A stretch of 64,000 bases of DNA from Octopus vulgaris (GCA_951406725.2 OX597823.1:101742001-101806000); one strand, 5' to 3'. Counted from the stretch's first letter, positions 43,145-56,747 are shown. The notes: generated by a model from the sequence alone, not told the origin. A program made the numbers and translations.

Positions 43145-45120
43145 AATAATAGTAATAATAATGGTTTCAAATTAGACTTCTCAAAACAGAAAGGAGAACG
43201 CGAATTCGAAGACTACAGATCCAATCCATGACAGGAACTGTAAAAATCTGTAAAACTTACCAGAAATTTATCATTTAAATATATATGTAACGGTAGAGGT
43301 TACCAATTGTAAGCGATGAAAGAATTGTTTTTGTAACGATACCTATTATGGTGCAACGTTGTGATCGCTATTTTGTAACGGTTGGTTCTTGGGAAGGCTG
43401 CAATGCTCTTGTTCGGGGTCACCACTTGTAACGATTTAGTTTTAGTTGAAGTCGAGGGTCACCAATTGTAACGGTTAAGGTTTTAATTAGTGTAGTTACC
43501 ATTTGTAACGGGTAAGACTGAGTAGGTACACAATATTATGAAATGTCGGAGTCAGCAGTTGTAACGATAAAAATTTGTTATAACGCATGAAGTTTTAAGG
43601 AAATATTTATTTACCGTAACGCTACAATACCTTGCCTCGACGGGCAGGTTATGATAAATCCAAAAGCATGCGAAGTAAAGTTTGTGTTTGTGTTCTCTTC
43701 ATTGTTTAGTAGTAATTACAGAGAGTGATAGAATGATGTCGTAAGAGAACAGAATTACAGCTAGTGAGAGTTGTAGGGTTGTGGGACGTTGTCTCACAGT
43801 TGTTGACAGTAAACTTCATTTCTCCCTCTGACCAAGGTTCTAGCTGGTCAGTTATCACCGAAGTGATTGAACTATCGTTTTGCTTGGGGTTTATGCTTTT
43901 ATAACTATCCAGAAGGATAGGCGTATCGTTGAGAAAAACAGATGTAGTTGGTGGTCTTGGTATCTCTGTTCTGGTTTTTGGTAAAGTAGAGGTTTATAAG
44001 GGTCAAGTGGTGAAGACATTATTTCGGCCTAGCTAAAGGCATCTGGAAAATGTAAAACTGTTGTCAGAGAAAAGCCATTGTTCCACCGTGGGAAAAGCTC
44101 TGTTGCAGCGTTAATTTAAATTTGGCTATGGTGGATCGAATCCACTTCATGCCTGCAAGATCCTACATATATATGAGCATGTCTAGATATGCAGCTATAT
44201 GCATGAGAATGCATACATTAATTAAAAAAAATACAAATTTGCACATATACATACATACATACATACATACATACATACATACAAACAAAAATACCCTGTT
44301 GCTGATGTTGAAATTCCAGTGAAGGAGCCTTGAATCTAGGTTCGAAACTAGCTCTTTCTCTATTGGCAAGAAATCTTGAAATGAAACTGAACAATGACCC
44401 AGACAAGATGATTGTGTTGTGAACTTGAAACACCGAAAGAACAAACAAATATTGTATGCTGTAGATCTGTCTGAAGAATTAGATCTAAGCGATTGATGTT
44501 CGTGGTGACAAGCAACTCATCAATCGTGATCTTATTCTGTCCACAACATGGCCTTTGGAGGTCATGAAAAAACTACGATAAAATACGTTACTATATTTTA
44601 ATGTTCAGACAGCGAATTGATGGAATGGTGAGAGCGTTGGAAAGAATATTTTGAAGTTTTTGTACGGATACTTTCCCTTTCTGGGTTCAAATATCGCCAG
44701 GATCAACTTTTATTTTTACCATTCGAGGACCGATGAGTACAGTGCTAGTCAAATTCTGGGGTTGATTTTCTCCCCACCTCCCTCTTTCTCTCTCTCCCAC
44801 AAAGTTGTGCTGTGAAAAGGGTTAATCCAGCATATTTATGTCACATCAGCTTCACACACATAAACACACATATGAGTATATATTTGTGTGGTTGAGATGC
44901 TCGCTTTACAACCACACAATTTCGGGTACAATCCCACTGCGCAGCATCTTGGGTACTATTGTCCAGAACCGACCAATGCTTTGCATGCGATTTCATAAAC
45001 AGAAACTGTATGGAAGCCCGTCTTATATATGCATATATATGTATTATGTTGTTATTGTTGTATTGATGTGAGGTACATATTAGAATTACAAAATTTTGAA
45101 AATATTGCTTCAGAGTTGTT

Positions 45121-45360
45121 ATATAAGAAAACAGGAGTCTGGAAATTTTGGAAGCATTTTTATTCACCATTAGACATGTCTCATTTCCTAATAGGAATCA
45201 TATCATTATTTGATTCTCTTTCTGAAGAATTTCTAATAAGAAATTTCTTGCATGTTTATCCAACATGTACAATTTCGTGATTCCTATTATCAAATAAAAC
45301 ATGTGTAATGGTGAATAAATAATATTAAAAAGTTTTCCAGATTCCTGTTTCGTTTTATAT
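45121..45360. repeat. Degenerate about 80-bp inverted repeat / old MITE
   Basis: aaacaggagtctggaaa..ttattcaccatta.acatgt..aataggaatca vs its reverse complement at 45278-45360. Confidence 0.7.
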
Positions 45361-45521
45361 ACACACACACACACATATATATACACACACACATACATAT
45401 AAGTGCAAACAAGGGAGTCAGAGAAAGGCAGAATGCTACTTATATCTGAACACTACTACAGAAATATTCTTTTAAAAAAACTTTTCTTCTAATTTTTCTA
45501 AATTTAATTATTTAATCGTTA

Positions 45522-45559
45522 CAGTTGAAAAGGTCTCAAAATGACCGAAACCGGTACTG
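45522..45559 (+). ncRNA. Minimal hammerhead-like relic
   Basis: cag-TTGAAAA-ggtc(tcaaaat)gacc-GAAA-ccgg-TA-ctg; palindromic stem III ACCGGT, two core changes. Confidence 0.45.
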
Positions 45560-45612
45560 AAAGATTCACTATAAAATTATCTTAGCATTTTCTATTTTTG
45601 ACTTGTTTTTTC

Positions 45613-45693
<81 letters not shown>

Positions 45694-45710
45694 TGAGTGT
45701 GTGTGTGTGT

Positions 45711-46713
45711 ATATATAAAACAATACTGGGAGGAAGAGAAGTGGAACGAAGCGACGAATCGAAGCGACCCCGACGCGAATGCGCTGTCAGACAATAATGT
45801 AATAAATAAAATATATGCATACATACAAACATATATGTACGTACCTACATCTACATGTATATATACATGCATATATAAATATATATACGTGAGTACAGGA
45901 CACCGCAACTAGACGTAGAACTAAACGAAAAACGAAAACGGAGAAGCCATTTTTTACAACAAAAAAACAGAGACGAAACGAAAACGGGAAAAACATTTTT
46001 TACAACAGAAAAACAAGACAAGGTACAGGACAAACCACACAAGGAAAAAGTCCCCAGTCATCAGCTGTCAATAGCTAACTCAAGCGTGTTTCGAAGGCAA
46101 GACAGGACACGACTCGTTAACTAGTCCTTCACTGCGAGAGAATTAAAATAAAATTGCCTCGCAGAGGGGCAAAAACAGACATGAAAAAATGTAACGAAAA
46201 CAGGACGTAAAAACGATACAAATAAAACTGCAAAATTAAATACAAGATAAAAAAACATGTACAAGAAAATACAAAACGAGAAAGTAAAGAAGAAAATACA
46301 ATACGTGAAATCAAAAGACAAGAAAACAAACGAGAAAAACAAAACGAAAAAGGCCTTTTTTCTGGCAAGACGGAGGATTGTTGTAGTAGCAGCGCAAGGG
46401 AACACGTGCTTTCAGCTTGAAAGCAGGGTGCAAAGGAAGTGGCCAGGAGTGACGAATAAGGAGGAAGAGAGAGAGATATATAGAGGAAGACAATCGGCAA
46501 GAGAGAGAAGGAGAAGAGTGAGCAGGAGAGAGAGCGGAGAAGGCAAAGCAAAGGGAGAGAATTTCGCGTCTTAATTATATATAAAATAATACTAGGAGGA
46601 AGAGAAGTAGAACGAAGCGACGAATCGAATCGACCCCGACGCGAATGTGCTGTCAGACAATAATGTAATAAATAAAATATATGCATACATACAAACATAT
46701 ATGTACGTACCTA
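45711..46713. mobile_element. About 1-kb unit bounded by 137-bp direct repeats
   Basis: 45711-45847 vs 46577-46713, 5 differences; non-coding interior; flanked by (TG)n/(CA)n. Confidence 0.6.
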
Positions 46714-47206
46714 GCACGCACACACACACACACATACACTCACATACACTTATATACAAATATGTATATGTGTGTGTGTGTTTATATATATATGTATATT
46801 AAGGCTGTTGACACCGTCCGATTGAATGTTACTACCAGGTATCGAACGATAATGATATCCGTGAGGCGGCTGATGATGAGCATGTGTTTGATCTGCTTGT
46901 TGGCTCTCATTCTTTTACATCTTGTATTCTCGTTGTTCTAAGTTATCCGCTATTCTTGTAGGGTTCCTGGTTTATGGTCGATTTCTTACTATATTGTACG
47001 ACAATTGATATTACTGAGTGTTCATAGGGCTTCCAGTTATGGCCTGGGTAATACTTTTTAAGAGTTTCTAGTTTAAGGAAATTCTGCTGAATACATGTAT
47101 ACAGACAGGCAAACACACACATATGTGTGTGTATGTATGCATACACACACACACACACGCACATACACATATATATATAATTCCAACACAATATGTTGAG
47201 AATGTA

Positions 47207-47351
47207 GGCGTAGGAGTGGGTGTGTGGTAAATAGCTTGCTTACGAACCACATGGTTCCGGGTTCAGTCCCACTGCATGGCACCTTGGGCAAGTGTCTTCT
47301 ACTATAACCTCGTGAGTGGATTTGGTAGATGGAAACTGAAAGATGCCTGTC

Positions 47352-47354
<3 letters not shown>
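47207..47354 (+). mobile_element. SINE family A 5' half
   Basis: Head and ggttcagtcccactgc..ttgggcaagtgtcttc. Confidence 0.85.
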
Positions 47355-47393
<39 letters not shown>

Positions 47394-47409
47394 TATTTTT
47401 TATAGAAGG

Positions 47410-47460
47410 AGCTTCTACAGGACTAGAACTGTTTCATTCAAAATAAATCATCAGGAAGCT
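47410..47460 (-). ncRNA. Type I hammerhead ribozyme (inverted copy)
   Basis: Reverse complement of 47797-47847 with one stem II change. Confidence 0.65.
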
Positions 47461-47564
47461 AGGTGACAAGAGTAGTTTTTGCATTTATACATTTAGGCAG
47501 GTTTAAAGGGGTGGTGGTGGGGGACGTTTTGGGGTAGGCATGGCGCAAACTATCATTTATACAC

Positions 47565-47602
<38 letters not shown>

Positions 47603-47796
47603 ATGTATAAGTGAGAGTCTCCTTATTTACCTAAAACTCTATTATTCTATTTATTCTTTTATCTATTTTATCACTGATTCCTTTGACCACTCCCCTAGGA
47701 ATGATAGTTTGCGCCATGCCTACCCCAAAACGTCCCCCACCACCACCCCTTTAAACCTGCCTAAATGTATAAATGCAAAAACTACTCTTGTCACCT

Positions 47797-47847
47797 AGCT
47801 TCCTGATGATTTCTTTTGAATGAAACAGTTCTAGTCCTGTAGAAGCT
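47797..47847 (+). ncRNA. Type I hammerhead ribozyme, intact core
   Basis: agcttc-CTGATGA-tttc(tttt)gaat-GAAA-cag(ttctagtc)ctg-TA-gaagct: 6-bp stem I, 4-bp stem III, GUA cleavage triplet. Confidence 0.75.
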
Positions 47848-47929
47848 CCTTCTATAAAATAAATTAATTTACTCTGCTATGTATTGAGTACCTTATTTAC
47901 TGTGGTTAACCCCGACTCAACCCGGGACC

Positions 47930-47991
<62 letters not shown>

Positions 47992-48050
47992 AATAATGAG
48001 GGAGATAAATTAATATTAATTTTAATATCAATTTAAAACCAGTAGTCCGG

Positions 48051-48085
<35 letters not shown>

Positions 48086-48089
<4 letters not shown>

Positions 48090-48504
48090 CATGCTGGAGT
48101 ACCACCTTTAATCGAGCACATCGACCCTAGGACTTATTCTTTGTAAGCCTAGTACTTATTCCACTAGTCTCTTTTGCTGAACTGCTAAGTTACGGAGACG
48201 TAAACACACCAGCATCGGTTGTCAAGTGATGTTGGGGACACACACACAGACACACAAACATACACACACACACACACATATATGTATATATAATACATAT
48301 ATATGTGTGTGTGTATGTGTGTGTGTGTGTGTTTGTGTGTCCGTGTGTGTGTCCCCAACATCACTTGACAACCGATGCTGGTGTGTTTACGTCTCCGTAA
48401 CTTAGCAGTTCAGCAAAAGAGACTAGTGGAATAAGTACTAGGCTTACAAAGAATAAGTCCTAGGGTCGATTTGCTCGATTAAAGGTGGTACTCCAGCATG
48501 GCCA
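48086..48504. repeat. Near-perfect palindrome made from a SINE A 3' half
   Basis: About 160-bp non-microsatellite arms with 1 mismatch and shared private variants (ccactagtctc, gctgaactgct); centre is (CA)n(TA)n(TG)n. Confidence 0.92.
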
Positions 48505-49038
48505 CAGTCAAATGACTGAAACAAGTAAAAGAGTAAACCTAAAGAGTAAAACCTAAAACCAATACATAGTGCCCCGATTACAAACATTAGTGCTTTATGA
48601 CAGTCCTTTCCTCAATTTCGGCCATCCTATTTTCTGTCGAATGCTCCCCTTCCTTCCTCTCTACTTTTCTTTCCTTCTCTTCACCTTACTCCTTCCTTTG
48701 CAGATCACCCTTTGTCTTCCCCTTTTCTCTATATCTCGCTTCCACCTTTCTCTCTTCTTTCTCTCACCCCCTACCCCATGCCTGTATCATTCCTTCAGTA
48801 TTCTGCTTCGCCATTATCAGAAATGGCTCTGAAGGAAGTAGCATTAATTTTTTTAGGTCGTTCAACTTTTCTCAACTGATCAGTAACCTATCAGTAACGA
48901 GCCTACAATGACTACTGGAAACAGCTCTAAGTCAAATTTACTTCAATAATGGAAAATATGTAATGACCATTACTTATATCTTGTTTTATATACATATACA
49001 TATATATATATATATATCATACTCATACACACGCACAC

Positions 49039-49163
<125 letters not shown>

Positions 49164-49207
49164 TACATATATATGTATGTACGTACATATATATATATGT
49201 TTGTACG

Positions 49208-49238
<31 letters not shown>

Positions 49239-49396
49239 ATAATACATTATCGGGATTTATAACTTCCTAAGAATATATAGTAATATAATAATACCGAGAA
49301 AAAAATGTGTGCGTGATGTAGAGTAATGTGTTGTGTATATGATTATAGATGTATGCACACACACACACACACATACACACACAAACATACATATAT

Positions 49397-49462
<66 letters not shown>

Positions 49463-49696
49463 GAAGAGATGCGTAATGCCTTTTTGGGGAGGGGGAAGTA
49501 TTACAGATTTTTCTATGAATATTTTTTTTCAATCAGTCATATTGATCTTTGTGTAGACACAATTTATCCAATCTAGTTATGTTGTTTTTGGTTATACCAA
49601 ATATATTTTGTATTTCACCCATGAGACATGGTTAGATCATACGATGTTCGCTCCTAATACGGATGCGTTTATGCATGTATGTATAAGTGTTAGTAC

Positions 49697-49731
<35 letters not shown>

Positions 49732-49815
49732 TGTATGTATGTATGTATGTATGTATGTATGGAAGGATGTATATGTATATATGTGTGTAGGTGTGTATAA
49801 AATCATGTATGTATA

Positions 49816-49891
<76 letters not shown>

Positions 49892-50240
49892 TGTGTGTGT
49901 GTGTGTCTGTGTGTGTGTACATATGTGTGTTGTGTGTATAGCGAGAGACAGGGGATAAAGAGAGAGAGGGGGAGAGAGAGAGAGAAGGAGAGAGAGTGGG
50001 GAATAACTGATAGGCAAGCAGCATGAAACTGGACAAGAAAGATTAAGAAAGATACAATTATTCTTTTAACAGGATGTATTATGAAGCCTTGATTTACTGA
50101 AAGTGTCTTCTCTTCGAGAGAAGGTAAACAAACCCTAAGTGGCATTTGCGACCGACACTGAATGAAGGATGGTCGTCGGTTTATGGAATCAACCGTTGTT
50201 CAGAATTAACATGGCATCAAAGAGGAAAGGGTTGTTTTAC

Positions 50241-50308
<68 letters not shown>

Positions 50309-51495
50309 TACATTTTCATTTTTTGCCAATATACGAGAATATCTATGAACACGTGTTTCTACCCCAATTGGCCTCATCAGCGCAGTAATTGTTCTTCCGT
50401 GTCTTATGTCAAACATAAGACTAAGACATGTACAAAAAGACTAAAGAAAATTTATCCTCTTGGTGTAATTCTATAAAGACAAACCTGAGCTGCGAGAAAT
50501 ACCTTGAAGTGTCCAGTGATATGAATATCTAACACGCACAGTGCTCTTTGTTGGACTTACTGTTCATATTCAGGATCCGCGTACATTATTCTAAGAACCG
50601 AAAGTGCATAGCTAAATGCATGGTTATTCGACTTCACAACCACAAGGTCAGGTTCGATTCCAGTATCGAGCAGCGCTTTGAGTCGTTGAGTGAAGCACTT
50701 CATTTCCCGTTCAACCTGTCTACTCAAGTGAAAATAGTGCAGAGTAGGGCCTAATAGATAATTGGTCAAGAAATGTTCCTTACATTACATATCAACGGCC
50801 CTTCATGATTATATATATATATATTATCTTTTATCTTTAGATGTCATTCTACTGCAGTCGAGCTAGATCATTGCTTTGGAGAATCGATACTCATTTTATT
50901 TAAAGCCCGTTACTTATTCTATCGGACTCTTTTTGCCGAACTGCTAAGTTACGGGGGCGTAAACACGCCAACCGATGGTAGAGAACAAGCATATACATAC
51001 ATACACACACACATTCACTCACTCACACACTCTCTCACACATACACACTCACACAAACACACACAGAGTCTTCAAAACTACATATGATGGAATGGTGTAC
51101 ATTCATACAGACACAAATGTATATATACATGCATACACACATGGTGAATATGACAAGATATTTACCATACGATAACAAAGACAGTATTCAAAATAGCTAA
51201 AAGCGAAATTATAAAATAAAAATGAAAATTTATACATATCATTTCGCTACTCAAGTTTTATTTGAATCATTCAGTTGCTATGTATGTATGTATGTATGTA
51301 TGTATGTATGTATGTATGTATGTATGTATGTATGTATGTATGTATGTATGTATGCAGGCATGTGTGTATGAATGTCTGTTCGATCACAGCACCAATAACA
51401 GTTAAGCTTCGTGCAATGGCCATACTCGATAACGAGGGGGCAGCCATCATGTGAGTGTGTGTGTCTGCATATACATGTCTATGTATATAAACGAC

Positions 51496-51599
<104 letters not shown>

Positions 51600-51971
51600 T
51601 TTTGTGACTACTTGCTTTACTACAAAGAATTACGACAGAAATTAATACTACATCAAACAAGAACGATATGATATTAATTCATTATATTACAGAATATGAT
51701 ATTACATTATATTTCACTCACGCACACTCACACGCACACTCACAGACATACTCACACACATACATACACTCACAGTTACACATACACCCTTATATATATA
51801 TGTGTGTGTGTGTATGCATGTATGCATATATGTATACATATGTTGGGTTGTCAAATAAATTCAGTTTTCTTATTTTTTTATTTTTACTTGGCACTCCATC
51901 ATATATCTGAATAGAGGTAAAATTTATTCAAATGCCAAAGATGATAAACAAGATGACGAACACAGTTGCAA

Positions 51972-52038
<67 letters not shown>

Positions 52039-52098
52039 CATACATACATACAGACATATATATGTATATATAAATATACAAACAAACATATATATACT

Positions 52099-52130
<32 letters not shown>

Positions 52131-52136
52131 TGTATG

Positions 52137-52179
<43 letters not shown>

Positions 52180-52270
52180 AATCCAAAAAAGGACAAACAC
52201 AAAAAAAGAACAACGCGAAGACGTGGTACATGTAACGCATTAGCAGAACTCAGAGAAGGGAAGCAAGATG

Positions 52271-52306
52271 GTTTAAGGTTTCGAGCAGACGCTCTTCTTC
52301 GGAAAC
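52271..52306 (-). ncRNA. Minimal hammerhead-like relic
   Basis: Minus: gttt-CCGAAGA-a-gagc(gtct)gctc-GAAA-cct-TA-aac; same architecture as 6067-6109. Confidence 0.5.
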
Positions 52307-52538
52307 AGAGGAAAATCCAATAGAAGGGAAGATGGAGGAAGAAAATCGCCAACGATTCACATGTGGTTACATTTTGAAATGACCGGAAGGGAATGGGTGA
52401 AGAAAAAGTTCTTTCTAAGACAGGAAAGTGTAAGAGAAGGTATGTGTGTGTATGTGCGGGCATGTGCGTGCGCGCAAGTCTCTGTGTGTGTGTGTGTGTG
52501 CGTAATAGCATTTTTCTTGGACAATCAATAAGTTGAAA

Positions 52539-52615
52539 GGGTTAGTTTTAAGGTTAGTATTAGGGTTAGTTTTAAGGTTATGGTTAGTTTTAGGGTTAGG
52601 GTTAGGTTTAGTTAG
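52539..52615 (+). repeat. Degenerate interstitial TTAGGG-like array
   Basis: gggttagttttaaggttagtattagggttag...ttagggttagggttaggtttag. Confidence 0.8.
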
Positions 52616-53554
52616 ATGGTGTGCACTCGCTTTGCCTTCGCTCATTTTATGATGTGATATACGACAGAAATAATTGTAAACTATAGAGCAAATATGTTTA
52701 AGACGTATACAAGTTTTGTTATTTTATTTTTGTCTTCATTTTACAGAGAAAATAAATTGTAGAACATATAATTCAGTGGCTATTTGGACCCTCGTATCAT
52801 TAATAATACCTGACTGGCAAAAGCAAATTACCTGCCCTTGTATCGTCCGACATGTTTGTTTATATTTGCGAGTGCCCGTTTTCCGTTTGTTTTATTTCTT
52901 AGCATAAAATATTTAAAAATGCATAAATCTTTCTAATATTTTGCATATCTCATTTATTTTGTATATATTTTCCATTTTCATAACTCTTTTTTAATTACTT
53001 TCTATTTTCTTGGAGAGGTGCGTTTTTTAAGAAGCGCCAAGAATCCAAAACAAATGCCAAATGGCTACAGAAATTTCCCTATTCCCCGGAATACCGAGAA
53101 ATAAGTAGTCCAACGAAGCCTGCAATAACAATTTTCAACAATAATTCTCAACAACAGTTTACAATAAATAACAGAGTTTCAACAATAAAAGCGATAACTC
53201 ACAGAGCACAAAGTAAACACGACCGAAGGCTTCAAACCGGAAGCAAGCTTCTTACCACGCAGTTATGCCTGCGCCTTTATCTAAAACCTTTTGCAAATAT
53301 TTCTTGATAGAGTTGCATTAGTTGGAAACAGATTTTATTAGCAAGTGTTAACTATTTAAGAAATTTTCTTTTATTTAACAGAATATCACTAACCATTGTG
53401 GAAGAAGTTTCTATATAACATTTTGTGTCCAGTGTGAATTTTGTGTGTTAGCGCTTTCGTTTTTCAACTTTTCAAACGCACTAAGGGTAGTGACATTTTG
53501 TTAAGTGAAAGAAATTTTTAGATAATAACTTTTTAAAAAACCTTTTTCTAATTA

Positions 53555-54817
53555 CGAGGGGCGTTCAATAAGTAATGCCCCTGACCCACTTCCCATAGCA
53601 GTAGAGCAACGAAACTTGGCACAGTTATTAGTCTTTTTCTACATAGGAACCACCCAGAGTTACGCATTTCTCCCATCGTTTGATGCGGCTCTGGAGACCG
53701 TTTTTGTAGAAGAACCCAGCTTGGTCCTCCAACCTCAACGTGACTTCAGAAATCAAGGCTGCATCATCTGGGAAACGCTTTCCTTTCAAAAACAACTTCA
53801 TGATTGGGAAGAGGTGAAAATCAGAGGGTGCAAGGTCAGGAGAGTAGGGGGATGGGGAGGAGTTCATAGCCATACGCCGGTGCTTCTGATCTGGCGACAA
53901 GCGAGTTGTGGACCGGAGCGTTGTCCTGCAGGAGGAGGATGCTTTTGCTGATCTTGCCCCGCCTCTTGATTTTGATAACTTCTCTTAATTTCCTCAAAAG
54001 TGAAGCATAATTGGCTCCTGCAATTGTGGTACCCTTTGCCAGGAAATCTGTCATCACTACTCCGTCCTGGTCCCAGAAGACTGTGAGCATGACCTTGCCA
54101 GCGGAGGGCTGCACCCTTGCCTTCCACTGCATTGACTGGGATTTGGTCTCTGGATCATCGTGATGGACCCAGGTTTCATCCTGTGTAATCAGTCTTTTGA
54201 AAAATTTTGACTCATCTTCTTGGCACATCTCCAAATTCACCCTCGAGCACTCTACGCGTTCTTGCTTCTGGAAAGGCGTGAGCAACCTGGGAATCCATCT
54301 GGCAGACACCTTTTGCATATGCAAATGGTCATGAATGATAGTTTCCACAGACCCGGTTCTAATCTTGACCTCATGGGCTATTTGGCGAATAGTTATGCGT
54401 CGATCTTCCAAAATGGCAGCCTCAACTTGACGGACAGATGCCTCATCAATGGCAGAAGGGGGCGACCAGATCTGGGAGCTGTTTCCACAGAGTTACGACC
54501 ATGTTTGAATTCACGATGCCAGCGTTTTACAAGGTCATATGATGGGGCATCATCACCATAAGTTACTTTCAATTCATCAAAAGTCTCCCGTGGTGTGCGT
54601 CCTTTCAAATACAAAAACCGGATCACTGCTCGACACTCAACAGGCTCCATTTCACACTTGACTCGGTTCAAACACCTGTAAATCAGAAACCACAATTAAT
54701 TCAGAGCTGTAATTTGTCACTTACTCTATAGAGATATAAATGATTGCACATGCAAAATTTCAGCTAGATCAAACAACTGCAAGTGGGTCAGAGGCATTAC
54801 TTATTGAACGTCCCTCG
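53555..54817 (-). mobile_element. Mariner transposon (DD34D, irritans-like), near full length
   Basis: TA|CGAGGGGCGTTCAATAAGTAATGCCCCTGACCCACTT...AAGTGGGTCAGAGGCATTACTTATTGAACGTCCCTCG|TA; 37-bp TIRs with 2 mismatches. Confidence 0.96.
53628..54650 (-). pseudogene. Mariner transposase pseudogene
   Basis: MEPVECRAVIRFL.., WIPRLL, TQDETW, SAGKVMLTVFWD, LQDNAP, YSPDLAPSDFHLF; two frameshifts. Confidence 0.94.
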
Positions 54818-55003
54818 TATATATACGTGTGTATGGGAGCTGTATGTATGTGTGTGCGCACGCGCGTGTATGTATCTGTCTGCCAGTCTGTTCCGGGCAG
54901 ATATGTGCTGTGATGTAGAAAAACTCGGATTTGGGGACCGAAGGAGAAGTAAGTCCACTGGGAATAAGGGATCCTTGAACTTTGTCAAGGCATGCTTCTA
55001 GGA

Positions 55004-55341
55004 CAGGTTCTCAACCATTTTTTTTATATATGGACCCCTTTGATTATTATTGTATTTTGGTGGACCCCGTAGCCATTCGATGTTTCCAAATTAGTTTTAT
55101 AGAAATTTCTTTCACAGTTCCTATTGTTTTTCATACATTAACTTGTGTAGGTTAAACTATGTAAAATGTTTGAGAAAGAAACCCAGCTGTTTCTTCCAAT
55201 ATATACATCAAAGCCAAAATTATTTCAGTTTCCCTTGAAATACTATTGTGGTACCCCAATCTACTATTTTGCTGCGTGGACCCCTCCAAAAATCTTTTAT
55301 GGATCGTCAGGAGTCATATGGACCCTAGTTGAGAACCACTG
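55004..55341. mobile_element. hAT (Charlie-like) MITE
   Basis: CAG(--)GTTCTCAAC...GTTGAGAACCACTG termini; internal tggaccc repeats; ctagga on both flanks (imperfect 8-bp TSD). Confidence 0.75.
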
Positions 55342-55544
55342 CTAGGAGAAGGATAATTTGTATATAAAACCCGCAGTTCTACTGAGCGAGACATCTTGCA
55401 CTTTGCTTGTCACTGGACTTCTTGGTATTGTTTTTGAGAGGCGTTGCACAAGCTGCACTCCACTCATCGAACATTGCTGACATTCAACGATGGTCATGCA
55501 CGTCTAACGAGTAGACAATCATTATATGTATATCTCTGTTTGGC

Positions 55545-55945
55545 TTCGTCTCCAACCATTACTTGGCAACCGGCGTTTACGACCCCGAAATCTAACACTT
55601 CAGCAAAAGAGAGCGACAAAACAAGTACCAAGTTTGAAAAATAAGTGACACGGTCGATTTCTTCGACTAAAACATTTCAAGTTTGTGCTCCAGCATGGCC
55701 TTAGTCCAATAAGGGAAACAAAAAGTATCTTTATCTTTTTTTCTTTTACTTGTTTCAGTCAGCTGACTGCGGCCATGCTAGAGTACCGCCTTCAAGAGTT
55801 TTAATTGAACAAATCGACTCAATGGCTTCCTTTTGTTAAGCATATTACTTATTCTATCAGCTTATTTTGCCAAACCGCTAAGTTACGGGGACGTAAACTC
55901 ACCAGCACTGGTTGTCAAGCGGTGATGGCGGACAAGCACACACAT
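55545..55945. mobile_element. Two tail-to-tail SINE A 3' halves (independent, diverged)
   Basis: + copy about 55545-55715, - copy about 55735-55945. Confidence 0.7.
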
Positions 55946-56120
55946 ACATACATGCATACATGCATGCATACATGCATACATACATACATACATACATACA
56001 TACATACATACAAACCTACATACATACATGCATACATGCATGCATACATACATACATACATACATACATACATACATGCATGCATGCATGCATGCATGCA
56101 TACATACATACATACATACA

Positions 56121-56153
<33 letters not shown>

Positions 56154-56699
56154 GCATGCATGCATGCATACATACATACATATATACATACATACATACA
56201 TACATGCATGCATACATACATGCATACATACATACATACATACATACATACATGCATGCATACATACATACATGCATGCATGCATACATACATACATACA
56301 TACATACATGCATGCATGCATGCATACATACATACATACATACATGCATGCATGCATGCATACATACATACATACATACATGCATGCATGCATGCATACA
56401 TACATACATACATACATACATACATGCATGCATGCATGCATGCATGCATACATACATACATACATACATACATACATACATACATACATACATGCATGCA
56501 TGCATACATACATACATACATACATACATACATACATGCATACATACATACATGCATGCATACATACATACATACATACATGCATGCATACATACATACA
56601 TGCATGCATGCATACATACATACATACATGCATACATACATACATACATACATGCATGCATACATACATACATACATACATACATACATACATACATAA

Positions 56700-56747
<48 letters not shown>

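Noticed and set aside
43286-43622. CRISPR-like repeat-spacer reading of the TGTAACG array
   Set aside because: Repeats too short and degenerate, spacing irregular, eukaryotic context, no cas genes.
43700-44120. Possible decayed LINE 3' relic on the minus strand
   Set aside because: Only vague peptide resemblance; cannot be supported without a search.
51841-51870. Single mariner-like end (ttgggttgtcaaataa); also a lone hAT-like cagtggttctcaaa at 58311
   Set aside because: No matching opposite TIR found.
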